A stretch of DNA of 64,000 nucleotides. Origin: Callorhinchus milii. Taxonomy: Eukaryota. Of the stretch, positions 11,561-24,880 are shown piece by piece. Positions within the stretch are counted from its first letter, which is position 1; each line of letters opens with the position of its first letter. Both the position numbers and the translations under genes were made by a program. The stretch lies in the NCBI RefSeq assembly GCF_018977255.1, contig NW_024704743.1, forward strand, positions 115,384,001 to 115,448,000. The letters run 5' to 3'. Under the pieces are notes generated by a model, which was not told the DNA's origin, ran no database searches, and worked only from the letters and a program-made list of their open reading frames with translations.

Positions 11561-12852
11561 ACTTCCTTCAGATGAACGTTGATAAGACGGAAGCCATACT
11601 CTTCGGCTCTCGTCAACGTCTAAAATCTCATGGTTCTCACCTCCTCCACCTACCCGATCTCCCCCTAAAACTCTCAGAACCCGTACGCAACCTAGGCATC
11701 AGTTCCGACCCCCAATTATTCTTCCTCACCCACATCCGGTTCCTTACCAGCACCGGCTTTTTCCAGCTCCATCACATCGCACATCTCCGCCAATACCTCT
11801 CCCCAAAAGCCGCTGAAACTCTGGTCCATGCCTTTGTCACCTCTCGGCTAAACTACTCCAATGCCCTCCTCGCTGGTCTCCCATCCACTACCATCCATGA
11901 AATCCAACTCATTCAGAACTCTGCCGCCCGCATTCTCACCCGCACGAAACTCCACTCCCCGATCACCCCAGTCCTTGCCAGACTGCACTGGCTGCCTATC
12001 CCAGAGAGGATTGAATTCATGATCCCCACCCTCGTATTCAAGTCCCTGCACTCCTCTGCACACCCCACCCCCACCTCTCTAACCTCCTCTCTCCTCAAAA
12101 CAGCACCCGTTGCCTTCGTTCCTCCGGGTCTGGCCTCCTCCTTTTCCCCTCAGTCCTCCGCTCTACCCTCGGCGGCTGTACCTTCAGCCACTATGCCCCG
12201 AGGCTCTGGAACTGCCTTCCTCATTCGCTTCGTCTCACTCCCTCCCTTCCCATTTTCAGGTCTCTGCTGAAGAGCTTTCTTTTCGACCGCACCTTTGGTC
12301 ACCTTCCTCCCCTTCCCCCTGGCTCGGTCCCGGGATCCAAAACTGTAAAGCGCTCTGAGACGCTGTCCGGCGTGGAGGGCGCTATATAAATACAAGTTGT
12401 TGTTTATCTTATATTGCACAGTAAGCTGTGAAGGTGGCAATGCCTGTCAGTGCTGTAAACAGTGCCTTAAAATTTTACAAAAAATTTGATCCTTTCTCTG
12501 ATGTTCTCTTTTCTATTAGGAAGCGCTTTGACATTGACAAATTGCACAAACTGAGGATTCAGTCTTCAAAATAATGAATGTAAACCTACATATTATTACT
12601 CAAATGGTAATGCATATTGGCAAATCAGAACAACAGTTTTAGATTTTATTTCTGAAATAACTGAATACCAAAGGGGAAAATTTTCCTGTTGCCTTTTCCC
12701 TTACACAAGTGAACTACAACAACAACTTGCATTTATATAGCACCCTTCACGCGGGGTAGCATCCCAGAACCCTACAAATGCGTGCATTATTTGGTCAGAT
12801 ATTCGTTCTCCACCATGAAGTATCTCTAAATTGTGGTATTGCAGTACTATAC

Positions 12853-12968
12853 CTGAATAGATCTGTAGAACTGAACTGCAACTCCATAGGTCCTTATTCC
12901 AAAAACATCTGTAAACACTAAGAAGTGATAACGATCATCCTTAGGCTCAGTCTCAATGCTTAGTTCAC
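12853..12968 (-). CDS. DENND3: DENND3 coding exon 3 (ELSIETEPKDDRYHFLVFTDVFGIRTYGVAVQFYRSIQ)
   Basis: Acceptor cacttacag, donor CAG|GTATAG, 116 nt, uDENN HFLVxTD..G.RTYG motif. Confidence 0.93.
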
Positions 12969-13243
12969 CTGTAAGTGAATAATGTACAGAAAAATTTAGA
13001 ACCATAGAAATCTACAGTACAGAAGGAGGCCATAAAGCTGCAAAGACTCACAGAGCAGGATTATCGTTTCATGCCACTGCCCTGCTTATCCCCAATCCCC
13101 TTTGGCTCTCGTAAATGTAACGGATTCAATTGTCTTACATTTTCCTATATTAATTGCTTCAGAATTCTTTAAAACAAATTATATATAAAAGTGGTACTTT
13201 TTATAGCATTAAGAGAAGCAAGAAAAGTACTGCATCTGCATAA

Positions 13244-13625
13244 AACAACAAAAACACTTGTATAGCGCTCTTCACGTCAGAAAGACGTCCAGGGGCCCTG
13301 GACAGTCAGGGATTTTGGACCCGAGCTGGGAGTTGGTGACAGGAGGGGTGGAGGGCAGGGCGGATGGGTGTCCGAATGAATGGTCGAAAAGGAAGATTTT
13401 TAGATGGAACTTGAAGGAGGCAAGAGGTGAGGTGGAGGGATTGCGGGATACAGTTCCAGAATGTGGAGGCAGAGATGCTGAATGGCCGACCGCCAATGGT
13501 AGTGCAGGGGACCTGAAGCAGGCGAGTGGAGGGAGTGGACAGGCTGATATGGGGTTAGGAGGTCGCAGAGGTAGGGGGGAGCAAGACCATGGAGGGTTTT
13601 AAAGGTAAGAACGAGGTCATGCAAG
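13244..13625 (-). mobile_element. L2 3' fragment
   Basis: LTFKTLHGLAPPYL and FKFHLKIFLF; (CAA)n tail. Confidence 0.85.
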
Positions 13626-13781
13626 GTCACCATCCTTCAGTACAACATTCCCTGTGGCTTAAATATCCTCCTGATCACAGTATTGTAGGTCTGGTGCAGG
13701 CTATGAAAAATACACTGTTGTCACCCTCAGTATAAAGGCTTTCCCTGGGAATTTATGAAGTGAGGAAGGAGGAAAACTTAC

Positions 13782-14046
13782 CTGGGAAACATAACTGGGG
13801 TAGTCCTTGAAGATCAATATCCTTAGGAACGCTTATATCTTCAGTCTGCTGCTCTTTAAGACCTACACTTGTGGCACTTGAGGAGGAAGAGGGACGTCTG
13901 ATTTCCTTTTTCTTTTTGAATGAGCGACGTCTCTGAGTAAAGTTATTCTGACAGCCAGATGGACTGTCCTCTTTGCTAACAAATGGAGGAACGTAAACAG
14001 ATCGAACCTCTGGCTCAAAGGATTCAGTGATACTTTTTTGATCTAC
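13782..14046 (-). CDS. DENND3: DENND3 coding exon 2 (VDQKSITESFEPEVRSVYVPPFVSKED...DIDLQGLPQLCFP-G)
   Basis: Acceptor ttatttag, donor G|GTAAGT, 265 nt (phase 0 to 1), uDENN motif LPQLCFPG. Confidence 0.93.
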
Positions 14047-14580
14047 CTAAATAAGCAGAAATTAAATTCTGTTGGATGCAAATATCATTGAGAAATATAA
14101 CTCATTATAAAAATTGTGAAATTTGCTGACATTAACAGGTAAAATAAAAGTACCAATAGATATTATCCAGCACTTAAAAAATCTGAAAATTCTCCAAAGC
14201 ACCATACATTTCAAACACTAGTTAAAGGAAAACAGCCCGGTATTTTGTGTGGAAATACAGAAAAAATTAGGAAGAAACTCATGGAAAAATCATTTTTAAC
14301 CCCACACTGTCAAAGTCAGTATGTAGCATGAGAAAATCTAATCCAAAGTAACTTTTGCTTTGAGACATAAAGGGTTATAATTAAGAGGTATCCATTTCAT
14401 TTAATTTTGTTGCTTTGGTTTGAGAAGCTAATTTAACAAAATAAATAATTTGCTGGAACGACAATGTACAGTGGAGGGATTTGGGTTCACACCCAAAATC
14501 ACGACATTCTGAGATTGCGCAATCTCACCCCGCAAGCTATGGGGAAGCAGGAAACTAGTTCAAGCACCCCTTCACAAGGA

Positions 14581-14890
14581 AGTCCTGTAGCTCAGTGGTT
14601 AGAGCACTCGCTTTGCAAGCGAGAGACCTGAGTTCAATTTCAGGCAGAGGGCGAAACCTTGGGCAAGTTTCCTTACTCCACACGCCTAATAATAATCCCT
14701 CAAAAAAAAACAAGAATTGGTCATTTTCAATCTACGACTGTTTGTGGGACATTGCTGTGCGCAGTTGGCTGCCGCATTCGCCCACAAATATACAGTCAAT
14801 TCACTTTACAGTGTGTTACGTGAAGCGCTTTGGGACGTCCTCCCGACGTGAAAAGCGCTATATCAAATGCAAGGATTATTATTATTATTA
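14581..14890 (+). mobile_element. Young tRNA-derived SINE (short subfamily)
   Basis: Same sequence as the 8066 and 11216 copies. Confidence 0.92.
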
Positions 14891-15026
14891 AAAGGGAGGG
14901 AAACCATTAAGTACATGTTATCTGCAGAAGACTGTCCAGCATCAGAACACCAATGGCAAAAATATTGGGAACAGGTTGCTTACCCATGGATGCTACTAAT
15001 GGGAGGATTATAGCTTCTGTACTAAC

Positions 15027-15110
15027 CAGAGAAATTTCTTTTAGTTTTTCACTAGATGCTCCTAGCACGACACAGATTTCCAGAATTGCAGAAGGCAGGA
15101 CATCAGCCAT
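15027..15110 (-). CDS. DENND3: DENND3 coding exon 1 (MADVLPSAILEICVVLGASSEKLKEISL)
   Basis: ATG at 15110, 84 nt, donor CTG|GTTAGT. Probable acceptor for the UTR part at 15223 (ttcttggttgcag). Confidence 0.88.
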
Positions 15111-15296
15111 GGGTGTAGATCACAAACAATCTCGTATTGACGGTGCTGCTTTAGGGGTGATATGGTTGGGTGCAATTGTGTAAACTTTTCTGCAGTTTAT
15201 TCAGCAAAGAAATAACTAACAATCTGCAACCAAGAATAATTGGTTCAAAATCTGACTTTAAAAAATGCAATATAATTTTACAGAACGGAACTCATT

Positions 15297-17200
15297 CATA
15301 GAATCACAGAATCATACAGCACATAAATAGGCGGTTCGGCCCATCGCGTCTGCACCGGCTCCTAAAAGAGCAATCCAACTCAATCCCACTGGCCCACTTT
15401 CTCTCCGTAGCCCTGTAATCCTGTCCTCCCCAAATACCCATCTACTTCTCTCTTAAAAGTTGTTATTGAAACAGCTTTCACTACCCTTTCAGGTAAAGCA
15501 TTCCAGATCCGAACAACTCGCTGGGTGGAAAAAAAAATTCCTAACCTCCCCTGTTTCTTTTAACCACTATCTTAAATCAGTGCCCTCGGGTTACTGACTC
15601 ACATGCCAATGGAAACATTTTTCCCAGTTCAACCTATCAAATCCTCATGATCTTGAAAACCTCTATTAAACCCCTCTTAATCTTCTCTGCTCTAGAGAGA
15701 ATAATCTTTGTTTCACTAACCTCTCCTCATAACTAAGGTCCTTCATTCCTGGTACCATCCTGGTAAGCCTCCTTTGCACCCTCTCCAATGCCCAAACATC
15801 TTTCCTAAAGTGCGGTGCGTAAAACTGAACGCAATACTCCAAATGAAGCCTAACCAGCATTTTATAAATATTCAACATAACCTCCTGACTTTTGTATTCT
15901 ATGCTCTTTTTATAACACCTAGTATCCCGTATGCTTTTTTAACAGCTTTATCTATCTGTCCTGCCACCTTCAGAGATTTGCTTATATGAACCCCCAGGTC
16001 TCTCTGTTCATTTGCCCCCTTTAGGATTGTACCATCTAGCTTATATTGCCTCTCCTCATTCTTCCTACCAAAATGCAACATTTTGCATTTCTCTACATTA
16101 AACCTCATCTGCCACGTTTCTGCCCATTTTTTCTAAATCCTCTTGGAGTACGGTGCTATCCTCCTCACCATTAACTACTTTTCCTTTCTTAGTATCGTCT
16201 GCAAATTTGGGAATTGTGCTCCCTATATCCAGGTCCAGATCATTAATATAGATCAGAAAGAGCAGTGGTTCCAATACCGATCCGAGGGACACCACTACAC
16301 ACCTCCCTCCAGTCAGAAAAGCAACCATTTACTACCACTTTCTGCTTTCTGTCTCCTAGCCAGTTCTGGATCCAAGTTGCCATTAGTCCCTTTAATACCA
16401 TGGGCTTCTATTTTGTTTACAAGTCTCTTATGTGGCACTTTGTCAAATGCCTTTTGAAAATCTAGATAAACTACGTCTACTGCACTACCTTCATCCACCC
16501 TCTCAGTCACTTCATCAAAACATTCTATTAGGTTTGTCAGACACGATCTGCCTTTAACAAATCCGTGTTGACTGTCCTTTATTAAACCATATTTTTCTAA
16601 GTGAGAATTTATATTGTCCCGGATTATTGTCTCCTGAAGTTTTCCTACTACTGATGTTAGGCTGATTGGACTGTAGTTCTCAGACTTATCCTTCTGCCCC
16701 TTTTTGCACAGGGGAGTAACATTTGCAAACTTCAAGTCCTCTGGCACCATTCCAGTGTCCAAAGAGGATTGAAAGATTGTAGTCAGAGCCTCCGCTATTT
16801 CCACCCTTGCTTCCCTCAGTAAACTAGGATGCATCCCGTCCGGACCAGGTGATTTATCTATGTTGAGCACCGACAGCCTTTTTAGTACCTCCTCTCTGTT
16901 GATTTTTATCATATCTAATTTCTGTTCACATGCCTATGATATTGTGGATTGGTTGCATCGTCTTCTTTTGTGAAGACAGTTGCAAAGTACTTATTTAGTA
17001 CATCAGCCATGCCCTCTGCCTCAAGAAGAAGATTTCCACTTGGGTCCGAATTGGACCCACCCTACCTTTGACTAACCTTTCACTCTTGATATGCTTATAA
17101 AATACCTCAGGGTTCCCTTTTATGCTTCCTGCTAATCTTTTCTCATAAATCTCTTCGCCCTTATTTCCCTTTTCACTTCTCCTCTGTACTTCCTATATAC
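15297..17200 (-). mobile_element. CR1 LINE, 5'-truncated (~1.9 kb), frameshifted
   Basis: ORFs 16313..16912 (KSPGPDG, QHGFVKGRSCLTNL, YLDFQKAFDKVPH), 16098..16328 (KFADDTK), 15666..15878; ATTCTRTG-type tail near 15300. Confidence 0.93.
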
Positions 17201-17597
17201 TTAAGGAAAAAAATGTCCAGTTTGATCCAAGCACTTTTTAAAAAAATACATTTAATTACAGTATAATGAAGTTACCAATTTCTCACCTTTAAACTGATTA
17301 TGTGGGGCCCATGTCTCTCTTCTGTACCAAATGTTGATGCCCTGTATGTACGAGTAGATCCTTTCTATCTATTTTAGCTGTTTCAATTTTCCTTACTTTG
17401 AATCCTGCAAATATTTTTCTGTAATCTCTGTTTGTGTCTGGAGTTTAGTTTTCTTATTGTTATTAAACTTGGTGTTAGAAGAGGGTTGTTGACCCATGAT
17501 TTCATTAGAGAAAAGACTGAAGGATATGAGTTGGATATAGATAACCATGCCTTGCATCCACAAAATCACAACCATGAAAATAAAGGAAATCTGTTAG

Positions 17598-18432
17598 AAA
17601 GCTAGACGTAGTTTAAGCTAGATGGTGTAATCTTAAAGGAGGTGAAGGAACAGAGAAACCTGTTCTGATGAACGGTCGTGGACCCAAAATGTTGACTCAC
17701 TTTCCTTTCTCCTAGATGCTGCCTGACCTGCTGAGTGTTCCCAGCGACTTCTGTTTTTATTTAGAGATCTGGTGGTTCATATAAGTAAATCTTTGAAGGT
17801 GGCAGTACAGGTAAATAAAGCTGTTAAAAAAGCATAGGAGTATAGAATACAAAAGTCAGGAAGTTATGATGAACCTTTATAAAACACTGGTACAGTACAG
17901 TGTTAAGTTATGAGCACCACACTTTAGGAAAGATGTTAGGGCATTGGAGAGTGTGCAAAGGAGGTTTACCAGGATGGTACCAGGAATGAAGGACCTTAGT
18001 TATGAGGAGTGGTTAGCGAAACTAAGATTATTCTCCCTAGAGCAGAGAAGATTAAGAGGGGATTTAATAGAGGTTTTCAAGAACATGAGAGGATTTGATA
18101 GATTGAACTGGGAAAAACTGTTTCCGCTGGCATGTGGGTCAGTAACCCAAGAACACCGATTTAGGATAGTTGTTAAAAGAAACACTGGGGAGGTTAGGAA
18201 ATTTTTTTCACCCAGCGAGATGTTCGGATCTAGAATGCATTACCTGAAAGGGTAGTGGAAGCCAATTCAATAACAACTTTTAAGAGAGAAGTACATGGAT
18301 ATTTGGGGAGGACAGGATTGCAGGGCTATGGAAAGAAAGCGGGCCAGTGGGATTGAGTTGGATTGCTCTTTTAGGAGCCGGCGCAGACGCGATGGGCTAA
18401 ATGGCCTCTTTGTGTGCTATATGATTCTATAG
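17598..18432 (+). mobile_element. CR1 3' fragment, same family as 15297-17200 and inverted relative to it
   Basis: ORF 17944..18255 (VQRRFTRMVPGMKDLSYEE, RRLRGDLIEVFK); 3' UTR complementary to 15300-15700. Confidence 0.9.
17662..17762 (+). mobile_element. Penelope-like pLTR fragment with a degenerate hammerhead motif, nested in CR1
   Basis: ctgatgaa-cggtc-gtg-gaccc-aaaatgtt followed by agatgctgcctgacctgctgag. Related copies at 45002 and 54279. Confidence 0.6.
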
Positions 18433-19192
18433 CTTTAGAAACAATATCTCAAAGAAAGTGAAAGTTACTGGATCTTGTACAATATTTGTAATTCCACCAT
18501 ATTAACTTAATAACTGAATGGAAAGGAACTAAAACAAATCTAATTAATTGAAATTAACATGACAGCTTTATCTGTAAACCAACTTTTTTTAAAGAAAACT
18601 AAAAATATTTAACTTATTACGGCATGAATTGAATTGGTGAGGCAGAATATTTGGACAAATCAGCCATCAAAAGACTAGAACTTTTGTCACAAGTAAACAG
18701 CACCATGTTGTTGAATCACTGTTGCGAGAAACATCAATCCGCTAACTGCTTCTAACACAACCATTCCCGGTCACCCTATGGATAATTAACAATTGGAAGA
18801 GTTTAACAGGAAACGCAGTTGCGGCCAGGAAGCTAGGCAGATTTTTTAAAAAAAAACTGCTTGATACTATGGTCAGAGGAATGTAGAATGAGTATAATTG
18901 AAGGATGAGATTAAATGGCCAAAAGTCGTTCTTCATCTGAACCAATCATGTGAACCCAAACTGACTTGAAGCAAAAAACCATACCCATTTTATTTACACT
19001 CAAAGCTCTGCCTCAGACCACTTGATTCCTTAACTGACTATCCTGACCCCTAAAATATGCGACAACCAGAGCTTCCTGCATCTAATCACTGGCAGAAGAG
19101 TGCTTCAATATCTTGGAAGAACACTCAAGAGAATTCCATACTTATGGCACGGTCCTCTAAGCCAAGGGCCTTGGATTCATGGTTTTTTGGCC

Positions 19193-19508
19193 ATAATAAT
19201 AATAATAATCCTTGCATTTGATATAGCGCTTTTCACGTCGGGAGGATGTCCCAAAGCGCTTCACAGAACACACTGTAAAGTGAATTGACTGTATATTTGT
19301 GGGCGAACGCGGCAGCCAATTGCGCACAGCAATGTCCCACAAACAGTCGTAGATTGAAAATGACCAATTTATTATTGTTCTTTGTTTTGGAGGGATTATT
19401 ATTAGGCGTGTAGAGTTAGAAAACTTGCCCAAGGTTTCACCCCCTGCCTGGAATTGAACTCAGGTCTCTCGCTTGCAAAGCGAGTGCTCTAACCACTGAG
19501 CTACAGGA
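19193..19508 (-). mobile_element. Young tRNA-derived SINE (short subfamily)
   Basis: Reverse complement of the 8066-type copy. Confidence 0.92.
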
Positions 19509-20689
19509 TATCCCACCTCCAGAGCCAAAACACCACCGCCTCTGAGGCTATGCCTCCAAGATGGCTCTACAATTGGTCTAATAGCCAGTGGCAGGTGCAT
19601 CTATGTGTCAGGACACTTCCCTCAGCCTCAGGTGCTATGCCCCTACCCTATTTTAAATAAATACTGGAAGCCACTTAAGTCGGACACATTAGGGACAGCC
19701 GTTTTGTCAGGCTTAGGGGGTGTCCGAGGTTAGGTGAAATACCATTCCCATCCAGCAGAGCTGCCCTGCCAACTTCATATAATACATAATAATGTTGTTT
19801 CACTTGAAGCAATGTTAACTAACCCGTTAAATTTAAAATACTCACAGAATTCAGTAAAATATATTTACCTCGGTTTGGCTGCAAAATACAGTACAGTACT
19901 TTGGGTGTACTTTGCCAGCCAGCAGGAGCGGTGGTGGGGCTTCCTCCCTCCCATTGCCATTCTTCCTCCCCCTCACTGATTGACAGCCCAACTCCAGCCG
20001 CTTGTGAATGGCTGGAGTCCACTGACAATCACATTTGACTCCTCCCATCTATATCTGGGACTCCCTCATGACTGAGTGGACACACAGAAGGCCCAAGTGA
20101 GTGCATTCAGTAGTGACCGACAAACAATTTGCCCGGAGTAACCAGATTTTCTTCTGAATCAGTTGCAATATTTAAAACAGACTATAAAATATAAAAATAT
20201 TTAAGACTGCAAATGAATTGAGATCAGCAGTTTTGTTCGATTTTTACCCGACGTCCAGGGTTAACAGCCAAACAGTAAAAGCAGATTCCACTGTATTTAT
20301 AAACCATACCACCTTAAACATATTTTATGATCTGGTTTAATCTGCATTACTGATAATTCTGAAAATCTCAGGGAAGGTTATAATTTGACAGACAGTCAAA
20401 ATCCCATTTAAAATGCTCCTAACTCGGCACAGGCATCAAGCAAAACACCAAGTTCAGATGCAGAATGGAAACACTTTTCAGCTATAATACTTGAGAACAG
20501 TTTTTAAACAGTTTACAAAGTGAAAACATTTCAACCCACAAGGTCAGAAATGTTATTTTAACAACCTTTCTGGTCAGATAGATCAGATTGCTTGGTACAT
20601 TAGTGCAGTAAATCAGCGCACATTTGCCATCTCCTCGTAAGTCAGACAACAGATATCTAATGCTACCCTACTACATTGGGTTTAATTCA

Positions 20690-22430
20690 AAACAACAACA
20701 ACTTGCACTTATATAGCACCCTTCATGCAGAGTAGCGTCTCAGAACACCTAACAGTGGCGGAGTCTGACAACAAAGCTGGGGGTTTGAAGGGGGTGGGGG
20801 GCGGGGTGGTGAGAGGTGGCCGTAAGCAGTCAAAGAGGAAGGTTTTTAGGTGGGACTTGAAAAGGGGGAGAGGGGGAGCAAGGTGGGAGGGATCGAGGGA
20901 GAGTGTTCCAGAGTGTTGCGCTAAAAGCGCAACCTCCGATGGTGGGGCGGAGTTTGCGAGGGACGAGCAGGAGGCCGGTGTCAGTTGAGCGGAGGCTCCA
21001 GGTGGTAGATTGGGGAGTGAGGAGCGGTAGAGAGTTGCAAGAGAGTGAAGGGATTTGAATACAAGTGTGACGATCTTGAAGACGAACTTTTTGGTGATGG
21101 GGAGCCAGAGGAGCCTGACCAGAACTGGTGAGATGTGGGTATAGAGTTTGGTCCGGGTAAGTACGTGGGTGGCAGAGTTCTGAATGAGCTGGATCTTTTG
21201 AATAATGGAGTTGGGGAGGCCGGTAAGGAGTGCGTTTTGAGTAATCCAAGCAGGAGGTGACAAACGCATGCAGGAGGGATTCGACTGCATTTGGGGTAAG
21301 ATACGGTCGGAGTCGGGCAATGTGGCAGAAATGGAAGAAAGCAGTCCTGGTCAGGGACCGGATGTGGGAGAGGAAGGGCAGCTGGGGATCAAACCTAGAT
21401 TGCGCACTGGTTCGGTGAGTCTGAGGGAGAGCCCAGGGAGGTTGAAGAGTTTAAATCCTTAGGAGTGAAGACGTTGACGGGAGCCAAGGAATATACCTTC
21501 CGTCTTGTCCACATTCAGTTGCAGGAAGTTTGCACTTATCCAGGCCCTGATGTCTGCCAGACAAGCTGATAGAACATCGGCAGACCTGGAATTGGTACTG
21601 GAGGAGACAAAGCAGATTTGTGTGTCATCTGCACACATGTGGAAATTTACCCCGTGTCTGCAGATAACATCGCCAAGAGGGAGGATATAGATAAGGAAAA
21701 AAAGATAGTCAAGGATGGAGCCCCGGTGTACCCCACGGGTGACCGCGCAAGAGGGGAGGAGAAACCATTTGCCAAGATGAAATGGAAGCGGTTGGTTAAG
21801 TAGGACTCGAACCATGCGAGTGCAGTCCTACTAAGGTGGATGATGGAGAGGCGGTGGAGGAGGATGGCGTGGTCGACTGTGTCGAATGAGGCAGACAGAT
21901 CCAGGGGATCAAGGAGGCTGAGGGAGCCCTGGTCACAGATAGAGAGAATGTTGCTTGTGACTTTGACAGTGCTGTCTCTATGCTATGGGCAGAGCGAAAA
22001 CCACACTGCAGGGGCTCAAGGAAGGAGAGGTGTGACCGAAGTTGACTGCAACAATATGTTCCAGGACTTTGGCAAAGAAGGTTAGGTTGAAGATGGGACA
22101 GTAGTGTGAAATTAGAGATCGAGGGTGGGTTTTTTGAGGAGGGATGTGATAACAGCGGTTTTCAGGGGAAGTGGAACAGAGCCTGAGGAGAGACTGGTTA
22201 AATGTGTCAGCCAGCAAGGGGGAGAAAAGGGGGAGTTGAGTGACTAGTAGCTGGGTGGGGAGAGGGTCGAGGCAGCCAGTGGTGAACTTCATGCAGGCGA
22301 TTGTGGTTGAGAGAGGAGAGAAACGGGAGCAAAGGAGTGTAAGGAGGGGAGAGTGGCGGAGGGAGAAGGTGGTGTGGATGGTCTGGGTGGGGTGGAAGGG
22401 GACATGGTGGGGGGAGGACAATGCAGCCAA
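20690..22430 (-). mobile_element. Degenerate L2 LINE (RT + tail)
   Basis: HMCADDTQI, NFLQLNVDKTE, IQLIQNSA, LDPLPTQLL; (CAA)n tail. Confidence 0.9.
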
Positions 22431-22949
22431 GCAGATGTTTTCCATCTTTGAGATGAAGAATGATTATACTACAGTAAATTAGGCATTGAATATCAGTTAT
22501 CATTTTGATGCTACACAAAGAAAATAATGGCATATACACGATAGATCCAGTCACAATAATCTTAATTTCAATTAAAATGATTCAGGTTTTTGGAACCCAT
22601 TTTTCATTGCTCATGTCCATTGAAAAGTTGTTTTTGTTTGTTGGGAAAGAAGGACTACACGAGACAGTCTTTGTTGTTGATTTAAGAATGCACAGAAGGA
22701 ATTGACAAGCCAGGACCAATATAGTGCCTGCTGATGAGTGCAACATATTAGTAGGTCACACGACTATCAATAAATTGAAAAATTGGAAGCAACAGATGAG
22801 ATACAGGAGGGCCTTTGTTACAACCTACAAACTGCTGCTACAAAACAAAAAAATAAAAATTCTTGTCATAATTAGTGACGTCAGAGCTGAAACTGAGCTA
22901 GAAAGTTCAGATTCAAGCAGTTATTTCTGCCGTCAGCAGTTATTTCTGC

Positions 22950-23222
22950 CTCCACACGCCTCTGTTCAACTAGCAGTAAGTTACCTGATAGTCGATTGGC
23001 AGATCGCTTTTCCTGGGATAAGAATCCCTTGTTTTAAAATAATCAAAATTTGGTCACTCAATCCACGACTGTTTGCGGGACAGTGTTATGCGCAATGGCT
23101 GCCGCGTTTCCCTCACAAAATATACAGTCAACTCATTTTACAGTATATTCTGTGAAGTGTTTTGAGACATCTCAGAGACGTGATAAGGCCTTATATATCA
23201 AATGCAAGGATTATCATTATTA
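22950..23222 (+). mobile_element. 5'-truncated SINE, long/older subfamily
   Basis: ctccacacgcctctgttcaactagcagtaag through the tail atcaaatgcaaggattatcatt. Confidence 0.8.
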
Positions 23223-23874
23223 TCAGAAGAACCCAATGAAAGGAGAAGAATCAGTAAAGCATTGTAACAATTTGCATTAACAACGAGAATGAAAAAGTAA
23301 CAAACAAGTACATTAGCAAAGGCAATTTAGAATGAGTTCAAAATAGAATCCAAGCAAGAAATTGTACTCCGTGATTAAAAAGTTTCTGTGTCACATAGTT
23401 CAAGAATAAACATAATTTAAGACAAGGTTGCCAGAGTATCGATAGGATGAGAAAAATCTTATGGAAAGAGCAGAAGGAAGAATCTCTCAATGAACACAAC
23501 ACAGTAAATTGTGGACTTGAGAAGAGACAGCAATCGCAAATCAGACATTGCAAGAAGGTAGGTTAAAGCAGATGTAAAGAAAAATAGAAGTTACCATGAA
23601 CAGATTGCATACAGCTGAAGAGTGATGACATTGTCCTGAATGCGAAATTATGAACAAAGAGGTGCAGTTCTCTCATGATTAGAAATATAATTGATTTAAC
23701 CCAATCTGAAAAAATCCAAGAGACTCAATTGATATAATTACTATTTAATTATCAAACTATGTCATTCTGGAAACAACAATCTCTGCAAGGTCAGAGGTAC
23801 TAAAGAAACCTAATGCCAAAGCACAGAGTAGTTTCAAATAAAACTGTCAAATGCCTCATGCAGAATCTGTGAAA

Positions 23875-24880
23875 TAACAACACCTTATATAGCGTCCTTC
23901 ATGCAGGGTAGCGTTCCAGAGCAGAGTCTGACAACGAACCAGGGGAAGGAGGGGGGACGTGACCATAAGCACTATCAAAAAGGAAGGTATTTAGGCGGGA
24001 TTTAAAGGCGGGGAGGGAGGGGGCAAAGCAGAAGGATTGAGGGAGAGAGTTCCAGGGTTTCGGGGCAGTGGCTGAAGGCCTGGTCACCAATGGTGTAACA
24101 GAGGGCACGAGGGACAAACAGAAGGCCAGAGCCAGTCGAGTGGGTGGGTGGTGCAGTGGGACGTAAGCAGATTGGATAGATAGGGAGCTTAGAGAGCACG
24201 AAGGGATTTGAAAACGAGTAAGAGGATCTTATATCCATTCAGTGACTGGGAGCCAGTGGAGCTTGGCTAGGACTGGTGTGACGGGAGTACAGAGTTTTGT
24301 GCAGATTGAGTATCTGGTGTCGGAGTTTTGAATTGATTATATTTTGTGTATGGTGGAGCTGGGGAGACCAGGGAGGAGGGCATTTGAATAGTCTAGCCGG
24401 GAAATGAAGGCATGGACGAGGGTTTCAGTTGCATCAGTTGTGAGGTATGGATGGGTGATGTGGCGGAGGTGGAAAAAAGCGGGAACAGATGTGTGGTAGA
24501 AAGGAAAGCTGGTGATCAAACCCGATGCTTAAGTTGTACACGGGTTCAGAGAGCCTGAGGGAAAGCCCGGGGAGGTTTAGAAGACATCCAGGAGAAGACA
24601 TTGACAGGGGTCAAAGAGTATGGCTTCCGTCTTGCTGACATTCAGCAACAGGAAATTTGCGTTCATCCAGGCCTTTGTGTGTCAAACAAGCTGACAGGTC
24701 ATCAGCGGACTGGGAGTCGCAGTTGAAGGAGTAGATTTGGGTGTCATCCGCATACATGTGGAAGTTGACCCCATGTCTGCGGATCACATTGTCGAGACGG
24801 AGCACGTAGATGAGGAAAAGAAGGGGGCCAAGGATGGAGTCTTGGGGTACCCCGCAGGTGACCGGGCGGGGGCAAGAGGA
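23875..24880 (-). mobile_element. Degenerate L2 LINE 3' part
   Basis: [36 protein letters not shown]. Confidence 0.88.

Larger units (their letters stand above)
7860..12405 (+). mobile_element. Degenerate L2-clade LINE (APE endonuclease + RT + 3' tail) carrying four nested insertions
   Basis: EN motifs (LIMGDF|NLH, THNRGHALNLV, DHLLI), RT motifs (QSGFRPVHGTETAL, LLDLSTVFDTVDH, GVPQESILGP, YADDTQLY), RLNYSNALL and LHWLP, and tail gcgctatataaatacaagttgttg. Confidence 0.92.
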
